Of a stretch of 64,000 nt of DNA, positions 17,274 to 26,239 are shown in pieces. A program made the translations under genes and the position numbers. Source of the DNA: Pseudolabrys sp. (GTDB lineage Bacteria > Pseudomonadota > Alphaproteobacteria > Rhizobiales > Xanthobacteraceae); the NCBI GenBank assembly GCA_017849615.1, contig JAFIGS010000014.1, positions 147,740 to 211,739 of the forward strand, in the 5' to 3' direction. The stretch's first letter is position 1, and each line of letters begins with the position of its first letter. The notes beneath the pieces are model-generated. The model ran no database searches. It had not been told where the DNA came from and saw only the letters and a list, made by a program, of their open reading frames with translations.

Positions 17274-17376
17274 CCGCCGCAGACTCTGCGCTGTCGCGCC
17301 CTCTTGCGCCCCAACTCGACTCGTTTGATGCTGCGGCAAGCCGCCCGCCATCGTGGCGGCACCCGGGGGAACCGTC

Positions 17377-19050
17377 ATGGACAAGATTTGGCTGCGCAAT
17401 TATCCGCCCGGCGTGCCAGCCGAAATCGACCCCAGCCAATATCCGTCGCTCGTCGCCATGTTCGAGGAGAGCTTCAAGGCTTATCCGAACGAGACGGCGT
17501 TCATCTGCATGGACAAGGGGCTGAGCTACCGCGAGCTCGAGGAAACGTCGCGCGCCTTCGCCGCCTTCCTGCAAAGCCTCGGGCTCAAGCGCGGCAGCCG
17601 CATCGCCATCATGATGCCGAACATCCTGCAGTGCCCGGTGGCAGTGATGGGCGCGCTGCGCGCCGGCATGACCGTGGTCAACGTCAACCCGCTCTACAAG
17701 GCGCGCGAGCTCGAATTCCAGCTTCGCGATTCCGGCGCCGAGGTCATCGTCGTCCTCGAGAACTTCGCGTCGGTGCTGCAACACGCGATGCCGCACACCA
17801 ACGTCAAGCATGTGATCGTCGCCAGCATGGGCGACATGCTCGGCCTGATCAAAGGCGCCATCGTCAATCTGGTGGTACGGCATTTCAAGAAAATGGTGCC
17901 GGCGCACGATCTGCCTGACGCTCACACTTTCAAGGAAACGCTGAGCAAGGGCCGGCATCTGCCGTTCACACGGCCGGAGCTCGGCCCCGACGACATCGCT
18001 TTCCTGCAATATACCGGCGGTACGACCGGGGTCGCCAAGGGCGCGATCCTGCTCCACCGCAATCTCATCGCCAACATGCTGCAGGTCGATGCCTGGTATC
18101 AGCCCATGGTGGCGCTGCCGCCGCCGATCGACAAACTGACCATCGTCACCGCGCTGCCGCTCTATCATATCTTCGCGCTGACGGCCTGCTTCCTGTTCGG
18201 CGTCCGCAAGGGCGCGACCTGTCTGCTCATTCCCAATCCGCGCGACATTCCGGGGCTGATCAAGGAACTGAGGAAGTACAAGGTGAACTCGCTGCCGGCG
18301 GTAAACACCTTGTTCAACGCGCTCATGAACCATCCCGATTTCAAGACCATCGACTGGAGCATGCTCAAATGCGCCATCGGCGGCGGCATGGCGGTGCAGC
18401 GGCACGTTGCCGAGCAGTGGGTGAAAGCGACCGGCCGGCCGATCATCGAAGGCTACGGCCTGTCGGAAACCTCGCCGGTCCTCACCTGCAATCGTGGCGA
18501 CATTACCGAGTTCACCGGCACGATCGGCTACCCCGTGCCGTCGACCGAAATCTCGATCCGTGACGACGACGGCAACGAGCTGCCGCTCGGCGAAGCCGGC
18601 GAAATCTGCGCACGCGGCCCGCAGATTATGCCGGGTTACTGGAACCGGCCGGATGAAACGAAACTGGTCACGACCAGCGACGGCTTCTTCCGCACCGGCG
18701 ATATCGGCACCATGGATACCGAAGGCCGCGTCAAGATCGTCGACCGCAAGAAGGACATGATTTCGGTATCGGGTTTCAAGGTGTTCCCGAACGAGGTCGA
18801 GGATCTGGCGATGACGCAAGGCGGACTGGTGGAGTGCGCGGCGGTCGGCGTGCCGGACGAAAACTCCGGGGAGGCGGTCAAGCTGTACGCAGTCAAGAAA
18901 TCGGACGATCTGACCGAGCAGGACCTGCGCCGCTTCCTCGCCGAGAAGCTTGCGGCCTACAAGGTGCCGCGGCATATCGAATTCCGTGCCGAATTGCCCA
19001 AGACCAATGTCGGCAAGATCCTCCGCCGCGCCTTGCGCGACGGCGAATAG
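17377..19050 (+). CDS. fadD: long-chain-fatty-acid--CoA ligase
   Basis: ORF trimmed to ATG 17377. The N-terminus MDKIWLRNYPPGVPAEIDPSQYPSLVAMFEES.. is collinear with E. coli FadD as I recall it. AMP-binding motif YTGGTTGVAKGA. Confidence 0.85.
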   Translation: MDKIWLRNYPPGVPAEIDPSQYPSLVAMFEESFKAYPNETAFICMDKGLSYRELEETSRAFAAFLQSLGLKRGSRIAIMMPNILQCPVAVMGALRAGMTVVNVNPLYKARELEFQLRDSGAEVIVVLENFASVLQHAMPHTNVKHVIVASMGDMLGLIKGAIVNLVVRHFKKMVPAHDLPDAHTFKETLSKGRHLPFTRPELGPDDIAFLQYTGGTTGVAKGAILLHRNLIANMLQVDAWYQPMVALPPPIDKLTIVTALPLYHIFALTACFLFGVRKGATCLLIPNPRDIPGLIKELRKYKVNSLPAVNTLFNALMNHPDFKTIDWSMLKCAIGGGMAVQRHVAEQWVKATGRPIIEGYGLSETSPVLTCNRGDITEFTGTIGYPVPSTEISIRDDDGNELPLGEAGEICARGPQIMPGYWNRPDETKLVTTSDGFFRTGDIGTMDTEGRVKIVDRKKDMISVSGFKVFPNEVEDLAMTQGGLVECAAVGVPDENSGEAVKLYAVKKSDDLTEQDLRRFLAEKLAAYKVPRHIEFRAELPKTNVGKILRRALRDGE

Positions 19051-19082
19051 CCCGCTTGCGACGTATTCTTTCAAAGGACATC

Positions 19083-19640
19083 ATGGCCGCGTCTCAACTT
19101 GCTACCGCTACCGACGTCGTTTCGTTCTGGCGCGATGCGGGGCAGGAAGCCTGGTTCAAGAAGGACGAAGCTTTCGATGCCCGCATCCGCGAGCGCTTCC
19201 TGCCGACCTATGAGGCCGCCGCCGACGGCAAGCTGTCGTCCTGGGAAGAGCACGCAGAAGGCGCGCTGGCGCTCCTGATCCTGCTCGACCAGTTTCCGCG
19301 CAACATGTTTCGCGGCGACGCACGCATGTTCGAAACAGATCCGATGGCGCGCGCGATCGCCGCCGGCGCGCTGGTGCGCGGCTTCGACGCTGAGATGCCA
19401 CGCGAGCTGCGCGTCTTCTTCTATCTGCCGTTCGAGCATTCCGAGAGCCTGAAGGATCAGGACCGCTCGGTGGCCCTGTTCAAGGCGCATGGCGATGCCG
19501 ACCTCGTCAAATGGGCCGACCTGCACGCCGACATTATTCGCCGCTTCGGCCGATTCCCGCACCGCAACGCCGCGCTCGGACGCGAGACCACGCGGGAAGA
19601 GCAGGCGTTTCTGGACGACGAGGCCAGCTTCAAGGGCTGA
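19083..19640 (+). CDS. DUF924-family protein
   Basis: ORF trimmed to ATG 19083. WFKKDEAFDARIRERF...LILLDQFPRNMFRG...RFGRFPHRNAALGRETT is the DUF924 pattern from memory. Confidence 0.7.
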   Translation: MAASQLATATDVVSFWRDAGQEAWFKKDEAFDARIRERFLPTYEAAADGKLSSWEEHAEGALALLILLDQFPRNMFRGDARMFETDPMARAIAAGALVRGFDAEMPRELRVFFYLPFEHSESLKDQDRSVALFKAHGDADLVKWADLHADIIRRFGRFPHRNAALGRETTREEQAFLDDEASFKG

Positions 19641-19832
19641 TGCTTTCAGGCATCTTGTTCTGCCGCGTTTTCTTTTCGCGAGCGGGAGCCGCTTTGCCGG
19701 AAAACGCTATAGGCACCGACGCAAACACTGGAGTAGCATTCCCGCCGAACGGCCTATTGGGGTGTAAAGGCCGCATAAACATCGATGAACGCGGCCGTCC
19801 TCGCGGAGCATCGATATCAGGTGGAGATGTCC

Positions 19833-20924
19833 ATGCGCCGCACGCTGTCAGCCCTTGTCGCCGTCTCGAGCTTCGTCCTCGCCACCCACGCGCAGGCGCA
19901 GACGCCGCCGGGCTATCCCGCCGATTACGCCGCCCTGATCGACGCCGCCAAGAAAGAAGGCAAGGTTATCGTCTATGCGACGACCGACGCTTCTTCGGCC
20001 AATCCGCTGGTGAAGGATTTCGAGGCGCTCTATCCGGGCATCAAGGTCGAATATTCCGATCTCAACTCCACCGAACTCTACAACCGCTTCATCGCCGAAT
20101 CCGCCGCCAAAAACGGTACCGGCGACGTCATCTGGTCGTCGGCGATGGACCTGCAGGTCAAGCTCGTCAATGACGGGCTGGCGCTGACCTACGCCTCGCC
20201 CGAAATCAAGGCGCTACCGAAATGGGCTGTCTGGAAGGACGCCGCCTATGGCACGACCTACGAGCCGATCGCCTTCGTCTACAACAAGCGTCTGGTGCCA
20301 GAGGCCGACGTGCCGAAGGACCACACCGCGCTGATGAAGCTGATCGAGGCCAAGCCCGACGTCTACAAGGGCAAGATCACCGCCTACGATCCCGAACGCT
20401 CCGGCGTCGGCTATCTGTTCTTCAACGAGGACATCCAGTACTTCCCGGCGGCCTGGGACCTGTTCAAGGCCATGGGCAAGGCCAACGCCAAGTTCTATAC
20501 CAGCGCCGGCGCCATGATGGAGCGCGTCGCTTCGGGCGAGCATCTCATCGCCTATGGCGTGTTCGGCTCCTACGCGTTGGCGCGGACCAAGAAGGACCCG
20601 AACACCGGCATCGTGCTGCCGTCGGACTTCACTTTGGTGACCTCGCGCGTCGCCTTCATCTCCAAGGCGGCGAAGAACCCGAACGCCGCCAAGCTGTTCC
20701 TCGACTACATGCTGTCGAAGCGCGGCCAGACCATCGTCGAGAAAGCCGACCTCTACACGTTGCGCGCCGACGTCGAGGGCGAGGCATCGCTCACCGCCGT
20801 CTCCAAGGTCATCGGCGACCGCGCCAAGCCGGTGCCGATCGACGAGACGCTGCTCGCCAATCTCGACCAGACCAAGCGCCTCGCTTTCCTCTCCAGGTGG
20901 CAGCACGCCAAGAAGGGGCAGTAG
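19833..20924 (+). CDS. ABC transporter substrate-binding protein, family 1 (AfuA/FbpA-like); ligand uncertain
   Basis: ORF trimmed to ATG 19833 (GGAG 6 nt upstream; alternative start 19827). Signal peptide MRRTLSALVAVSSFVLATHAQA. The KVIVYATTDASSANPLVKDFEALYPGIKVEY pattern is typical of Fe3+/sugar-phosphate type binding proteins. Confidence 0.75.
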   Translation: MRRTLSALVAVSSFVLATHAQAQTPPGYPADYAALIDAAKKEGKVIVYATTDASSANPLVKDFEALYPGIKVEYSDLNSTELYNRFIAESAAKNGTGDVIWSSAMDLQVKLVNDGLALTYASPEIKALPKWAVWKDAAYGTTYEPIAFVYNKRLVPEADVPKDHTALMKLIEAKPDVYKGKITAYDPERSGVGYLFFNEDIQYFPAAWDLFKAMGKANAKFYTSAGAMMERVASGEHLIAYGVFGSYALARTKKDPNTGIVLPSDFTLVTSRVAFISKAAKNPNAAKLFLDYMLSKRGQTIVEKADLYTLRADVEGEASLTAVSKVIGDRAKPVPIDETLLANLDQTKRLAFLSRWQHAKKGQ

Positions 20925-20931
20925 GACTGCC

Positions 20932-21036
20932 TGTCATTCCGGGGCGGCCTGAAAGGCCGAGCCCGGAATCCATACGCCGCAGCACCGGGATTATGGATTC
21001 CGGGCTCGCGAGCTTCACCCGCGCCCCGGAATGACA
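20932..21036. repeat. nested-palindromic REP/MITE-like element, family 1, copy B
   Basis: TGTCATTCCGGGGC...CCCGGAATCCATACGCCGCAGCACCGGGATTATGGATTCCGGGC...GCGCCCCGGAATGACA. It starts 7 nt after the binding-protein stop and ends 23 nt before the permease ATG. Confidence 0.9.
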
Positions 21037-21059
21037 GAGGGTTTTCGCAGTCAAGCTGA

Positions 21060-22739
21060 ATGCCACTCATGCCCACCACGATCTACCGCTTCATCGTTCT
21101 CGGCCTCACCATCCTCGCGGTGGCGGTGCCGCTGTCGCTTGTCATTTATCAGGCCTTCCTGACCGCGCCGTTCTTCGACCCGTCGGCCAAGTTCAGCTTC
21201 GGCGCGTTCTCCTTCGTCTTCGCCGATGACGACTTCTGGCAGGCGTTCCGCACGACCATCATCGTCGCCGCCGGCATGGCAGCCATCGCGGTGCCGCTCG
21301 GCGCCCTGCTCGCCTTCGTGATGGTGCGCACCGACATTCCCGGCAAGCACATCCTCGAGCCGATGATCCTGATCCCGATCTTCGTTTCGGCCGTGGTGGT
21401 CGCCTTCGGCTATGTCGTCGCCATCGGCCCGGTCGGCATCTTCTCGACCCTGGCCAAGGACGTTCTCGGCTTCGTGCCGTGGAATCTGTACTCGATGACG
21501 TCGCTGGTCATCATCGCCGGCCTCACCCATGTGCCGCATGTCTATCTCTACAGCGCCGCGGCGCTGCGCGGCCTCGGCACCGACCTCGAGGAGGCCGCGC
21601 GCATTTCCGGCGCCAACCCGCTGCGCGTCGCCCTGCATGTGAGCCTGCCGATGATCATGCCGGCGATTTTGTTCGCCGGCGTGCTGGTGTTCTTCCTCGG
21701 CTTCGAACTGTTCGGCCTGCCGCTCGTGCTTGGCGATCCGCAGGACGTGCTGGTGCTGTCCACCTATCTCTACAAGCTCACCAACAAGCTCGGCGTGCCG
21801 TCCTACCAGTTGATGGCCGTGGTCGTGGTCGTCATCATCGCCATCACCGCACCGCTGGTGTTCATGCAGCGGCTGCTGCTGCGGCAGGCGCAGCGCTACG
21901 TCTCGGTGCGCGGCAAGGGCCAGAAATCGCAGCCGCTGCGCCTGCATGGCTGGCGCTGGATCGCCCTCGCCCTCGTCGTCGTATGGCTGGCCTTCACCGT
22001 CGCCGTGCCGTTGTCCGGCATCGCCCTGCGTTCGTTCGTCGTGACCTGGGGCGAAGGCGTGAAGCTGCTCGACGTTCTGACGCTCGATCACTACCGCGAA
22101 CTGCTCGATTATCCGAACGTCATTCGCGGCATCGTCAATACGCTCGGCATCGGCGTCATCGGCGGCGCCGCCGCCGTGATCTGCTACGCCGCCATTGCCG
22201 TCGCCATTCATCGCTGGAACTCGGGCTGGACCCGCGTCGTCGACTACATCGTCATGGTGCCGCGCGCCATGCCCGGCCTCGTCGCCGGTCTGGCGCTGCT
22301 CTGGGTGTTCCTGTTCGTGCCGTTCCTGGCGCCGCTCAAATCGACGATGTTCTCGATTTGGTTGGCCTACAGCATCGTCTGGCTCGCTTACGGCATGCGG
22401 CTGATCTCCGGCACATTGCTGCAGGTCGGCCCCGAGCTTGAGGAAGCCGCGCGTGTCGCCGGCGCCTCCGACCTTCGCGCCAAGCGCGACGTCACGGTGC
22501 CGCTGATCAAATACGGCATGCTGGCGAGCTGGCTGCTGATCTTCCTCATCTTCGTGCGCGAATATTCGACCGGCATCTATCTGCTCGGCCCCGGCACCGA
22601 AGTGATCGGCTCGCTGCTGGTGTCCCTGTGGGGCACGGGCGCGGTCGATCTCGTCTCCGCTCTGTCCGTGGTCAATGTCGTCATGATCGGCGCCGGCCTT
22701 GCCGTCGCCATCCGTCTCGGAGTGCGCCTCCATGGCTGA
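21060..22739 (+). CDS. ABC transporter permease with two fused permease domains (FbpB/AfuB-like)
   Basis: 559-aa ORF with about 12 hydrophobic segments. The architecture is duplicated, and each half carries a conserved loop (AARISGANPLRVALHVSLPMIMPAI and AARVAGASDLRAKRDVTVPLIKYGM). Confidence 0.9.
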   Translation: MPLMPTTIYRFIVLGLTILAVAVPLSLVIYQAFLTAPFFDPSAKFSFGAFSFVFADDDFWQAFRTTIIVAAGMAAIAVPLGALLAFVMVRTDIPGKHILEPMILIPIFVSAVVVAFGYVVAIGPVGIFSTLAKDVLGFVPWNLYSMTSLVIIAGLTHVPHVYLYSAAALRGLGTDLEEAARISGANPLRVALHVSLPMIMPAILFAGVLVFFLGFELFGLPLVLGDPQDVLVLSTYLYKLTNKLGVPSYQLMAVVVVVIIAITAPLVFMQRLLLRQAQRYVSVRGKGQKSQPLRLHGWRWIALALVVVWLAFTVAVPLSGIALRSFVVTWGEGVKLLDVLTLDHYRELLDYPNVIRGIVNTLGIGVIGGAAAVICYAAIAVAIHRWNSGWTRVVDYIVMVPRAMPGLVAGLALLWVFLFVPFLAPLKSTMFSIWLAYSIVWLAYGMRLISGTLLQVGPELEEAARVAGASDLRAKRDVTVPLIKYGMLASWLLIFLIFVREYSTGIYLLGPGTEVIGSLLVSLWGTGAVDLVSALSVVNVVMIGAGLAVAIRLGVRLHG

Positions 22740-23787
22740 TCTCACCGTCAACGGCCTCAAGCTGCGGCTCGGCGACAACGAAATTCTCAAGGGCGTTTCG
22801 GTCAAGGTCGCGCCGGGCCAGGTGGTCGCGCTGCTCGGCCCGTCAGGCAGCGGCAAGACCACGTTGCTGCGCGCCATCGCCGGGCTCGAACAGCCCTTCG
22901 CCGGCAGCATCGGCATCGGCGACAACACCTTTTACGATGCCGCCCGCCGGGTCGACCTGCCGGCCGAGAAGCGCGGCCTCGGTCTCGTGTTCCAGTCATA
23001 CGCGCTGTGGCCGCACCGCACCGTGTTCGACAATGTCGCCTATGGCCTCAAGCTACGCGGCGCCTCCGCGTCTGAGATCAAGACGCGCGTGGACAAGACG
23101 CTCTCGCAGATCGGCCTCGGCCATCTCGCCGAACGCTTTCCGCATCAGCTTTCCGGCGGTCAGCAGCAGCGCGTGGCGATTGCCCGCCCGCTGGTTTACG
23201 AGCCGCCGGTCATCCTGCTCGACGAGCCGCTGTCGAATCTCGACGCCAAGCTGCGCGAGGAAGCCCGCGCCTGGCTGCGCACCTTGATCGTGACGCTGGG
23301 TCTCTCCGCCATCCATGTGACGCATGACCAGGTCGAGGCCATGGCCATTGCCGACCGCGTCGTCCTGCTCGACGGCGGCACCGTGGCGCAGGAAGGCTCG
23401 CCGACCGAGCTTTACAACAGCCCGGCCAATCAGTTCGCCGCCGAATTCATGGGCAGCAACAACAAGATCGAAGGCACGCTGATCGAGAACGCCGGCGGCC
23501 GCGCCGTGCTCGACGTGTTCGGCACCCGCATTACCGGTCAGTCGCGCACCGCGGCTGCGCCGGGCGGCAAGGCGGCGGGCATCATCCGCATCGAGCGGCT
23601 GCGCTGCACCACCGCCGACGGGCCGAACCGGCTGAAAATGGAATTGAAAGCGCCGATGTATCTCGGCGAGCGCTGGGAGCTGGTGTTCGCCCGCGAGAAC
23701 CTCACCGTGCGCGGCTATGCCGACGCGCCGCTGCCGCCGGGCGACCACTATGTGGAGTTCCCGCCCGAGGCGTTGTGGGTGTTTTGA
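22732..23787 (+). CDS. ABC transporter ATP-binding protein (FbpC/PotA-like)
   Basis: ORF trimmed to ATG 22732, overlapping the permease stop. Walker [10 protein letters not shown], signature LSGGQQQR, Walker [14 protein letters not shown]-terminal TOBE-like domain is present. Confidence 0.9.
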   Translation: MADLTVNGLKLRLGDNEILKGVSVKVAPGQVVALLGPSGSGKTTLLRAIAGLEQPFAGSIGIGDNTFYDAARRVDLPAEKRGLGLVFQSYALWPHRTVFDNVAYGLKLRGASASEIKTRVDKTLSQIGLGHLAERFPHQLSGGQQQRVAIARPLVYEPPVILLDEPLSNLDAKLREEARAWLRTLIVTLGLSAIHVTHDQVEAMAIADRVVLLDGGTVAQEGSPTELYNSPANQFAAEFMGSNNKIEGTLIENAGGRAVLDVFGTRITGQSRTAAAPGGKAAGIIRIERLRCTTADGPNRLKMELKAPMYLGERWELVFARENLTVRGYADAPLPPGDHYVEFPPEALWVF

Positions 23788-23809
23788 AGTCGCCGTGGTA
23801 CGAAGCCTC

Positions 23810-24682
23810 ATGTTGAACTTCCACGGCGTCTTTCCCTATCTCGTCTCGCCCGTCGATGCCGAGGGCCACATCAAGACCGATGTGCTGGCGACCTTGTGCG
23901 ACGACCTCATCAAGGCGGGCGTGCATGGCCTGACGCCGCTCGGCTCCACCGGCGAGTTCGCCTATCTCTCGCGCGAGCAGCGCGAAAGCGTGGTTCACAC
24001 GACGATCGAAGCCGCGGGCAAACGCGTGCCGGTGATCGCCGGTGTTGCCTCGACCTCCACCGCCGACGCGGTCGATCAGGCGCGGCGCTATCAGGCGCTC
24101 GGCGCCGACGGCATTCTGGCGATCTGCGAAGCCTATTTCCCGCTCAAGGATGCGCAGATCGAGAGCTACTTCCGCGCCATCGCCAACGCCGTCGATATTC
24201 CGGTGGTGATGTACACCAACCCGAATTTCCAGCGCAGCGATCTCACCCTCGACGTCATCGCCCGGCTGGCGACGCATCCGCGCATCGTCGCCATCAAGGA
24301 TGCCTCCACCAATACCGGGCGGCTGCTGTCGATCATGAACCGCACGCCGGACATCGACGTGTTCTCCGCCTCGGCGCATATACCGGCGGCGGTGATGATG
24401 ATCGGCGGCGTCGGCTGGATGGCCGGGCCCGCCTGCGTCGTTCCGAAGCAGAGCGTCCGGCTTTACGATCTGTGCAAGGCCAAGAAGTGGGACGAGGCCA
24501 TGGCGCTGCAGCGCGAACTGTGGCGCATCAACGAGGCCTTCGCGCGCTTCAATCTCGCCGCCTGCATCAAGGCCGGGCTGCAGTTCCAGGGCTACGACGT
24601 CGGCGATCCCGTTCCGCCACAAACGCCGCTCTCCGCGGAGGATCGCAAGGTGGTGGAAGACATTCTGGCGGCGCTGCCTTAA
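23810..24682 (+). CDS. dihydrodipicolinate synthase / N-acetylneuraminate lyase family protein
   Basis: ORF trimmed to ATG 23810. [15 protein letters not shown] motif is present. A probable Schiff-base Lys lies in RIVAIKDAS. Length is 290 aa. Confidence 0.8.
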   Translation: MLNFHGVFPYLVSPVDAEGHIKTDVLATLCDDLIKAGVHGLTPLGSTGEFAYLSREQRESVVHTTIEAAGKRVPVIAGVASTSTADAVDQARRYQALGADGILAICEAYFPLKDAQIESYFRAIANAVDIPVVMYTNPNFQRSDLTLDVIARLATHPRIVAIKDASTNTGRLLSIMNRTPDIDVFSASAHIPAAVMMIGGVGWMAGPACVVPKQSVRLYDLCKAKKWDEAMALQRELWRINEAFARFNLAACIKAGLQFQGYDVGDPVPPQTPLSAEDRKVVEDILAALP

Positions 24683-24745
24683 AGCCGCCGCGGCCGGTAC
24701 CGCATCTTCCAACCGATTCTTAACGATCCCTTGCTATGGCGGAGC

Positions 24746-26131
24746 ATGGCCCCGCCGCCCTCCTCCGGCTCCGATTCCGCCGCCGCCACGCTGCCGCCGA
24801 GCGGCGCGATCGCGCGCCTGCGCGCCATGCTAGCCGACAAAAGCGACTCGCGGCTGGCGCAGCTCATGGCCGGCAAGGTGTTCCTGGTCCGCGTCGCCAA
24901 TGCGCTCTTGATGCTGCTCAGCCAGGTGCTGCTGGCGCGCTGGATGGGCACGCACGAATTCGGCATCTTCATCTATGTCTGGACCTGGGTGCTGATGATC
25001 GGCGCGCTGTCCGACATGGGCCTGTCGTCGGCGGCCAAGCGCTTCATCCCCGAATACACCGAGTACAAGGCGCTCGATAAACTGCGCGGCTTCATCAGCG
25101 GCAGTTGCTGGCTGTCCTTCGCCATCGCCACCGCCATCGCCGCCATCGGCGCGCTCGGCGTGTTCCTGCTCGGCGACCTGCTCGATCACTACCTGATCAT
25201 CCCGCTCTATCTCGCCTGCGTCATGATCCCGGTCTATGGCCTCGTGCAGGTCGCCTCCGGCATCGCGCAGGCCTATGACTGGGCGGGGCTGGCCTACTGG
25301 CCGTTCTACATCATCCGCACCACGCTCGTGATCGTGCTGATGGGCATCGCCTGGATCGCCGGCCTGCCGACCGACGCGCATACCGCGCTCTACATTTCGA
25401 TCCTGTCGATCTACGGCATCACCATCGGCCAGCTCTGGGTGCTGAACCGCCGGCTCAAGACCAAGGTCGCGCCCGGCCCCAAGCAGTATGAAGTAAAGGT
25501 CTGGCTCGGCACCGCGCTGCCGATCTTCGTGGTCGAAGGCTTCTACCTGCTGCTGACTTACGTGGACATCCTGGCGCTGCAGCACTTCGGCACGCCGGAC
25601 GATGTCGCCACCTATTATGCCGGCGCGCGGCTGCTCTCCATCGTCGCCTTCGTCTACTTCGCCATCTCCGGCGCGGTGACGCACCGCTTCACCGAGTACC
25701 ATGTCAGCGGCGACAAGGAGCGGCTCGCGACCTTCTTCGCCGAAACCATCCGCTGGACCTTCTGGCCGTCGCTGGCCATGTGCGTCGGCATTCTCGCCTT
25801 CGGCAAGCCGCTGCTCTATCTGTTCGGCCCGGAATACGAAGCGGCTTATCCGGTGATGTTCATTCTCGCCATCGGCCTGATGGCCCGCGCCACGGTCGGC
25901 CCGGCCGAGCGCCTTCTGAGCATGCTCGGCGAGCGCAAGCCCTGCGCGCTGATCTACGCCGCGGCCTTCATCGTCAATCTGGTGCTGTGCATCGTGCTGA
26001 TCCCGCGCTTCGGCATCGAAGGCGCCGGCGCCTCGACCTCGGCGGCGCTGATCTTCGAATCGATCATGCTGTTCATCGTGGCGCGCCGCCGCCTCGGCCT
26101 GCACGTCCTGATGTGGGGCGGGAAGAGATAG
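24746..26131 (+). CDS. MOP-superfamily oligosaccharide/polysaccharide flippase (Wzx-like)
   Basis: About 460 aa with 12 or more hydrophobic segments. The N-terminal region KVFLVRVANALLMLLSQVLLARWMGTHEFGIF is typical of polysaccharide biosynthesis (Wzx) proteins. The start is uncertain (TTG 24731 or ATG 24746). Confidence 0.65.
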   Translation: MAPPPSSGSDSAAATLPPSGAIARLRAMLADKSDSRLAQLMAGKVFLVRVANALLMLLSQVLLARWMGTHEFGIFIYVWTWVLMIGALSDMGLSSAAKRFIPEYTEYKALDKLRGFISGSCWLSFAIATAIAAIGALGVFLLGDLLDHYLIIPLYLACVMIPVYGLVQVASGIAQAYDWAGLAYWPFYIIRTTLVIVLMGIAWIAGLPTDAHTALYISILSIYGITIGQLWVLNRRLKTKVAPGPKQYEVKVWLGTALPIFVVEGFYLLLTYVDILALQHFGTPDDVATYYAGARLLSIVAFVYFAISGAVTHRFTEYHVSGDKERLATFFAETIRWTFWPSLAMCVGILAFGKPLLYLFGPEYEAAYPVMFILAIGLMARATVGPAERLLSMLGERKPCALIYAAAFIVNLVLCIVLIPRFGIEGAGASTSAALIFESIMLFIVARRRLGLHVLMWGGKR

Positions 26132-26134
26132 CGC

Positions 26135-26236
26135 TGTCATTCCGGGGCACCACGAAGTGGCGAACCCGGAATCCATAACCCCGGTCAGCGAATATGGATT
26201 CCGGCTCGCTCGCTTTGCTCGCGCCCCGGAATGACG
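26135..26236. repeat. nested-palindromic REP/MITE-like element, family 1, copy C
   Basis: TGTCATTCCGGGGC...CCCGGAATCCATAACCCCGGTCAGCGAATATGGATTCCGGC...GCGCCCCGGAATGACG. It occupies essentially the whole gap between convergent stops at 26131 and 26240. Confidence 0.9.
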
Positions 26237-26239
26237 GGG

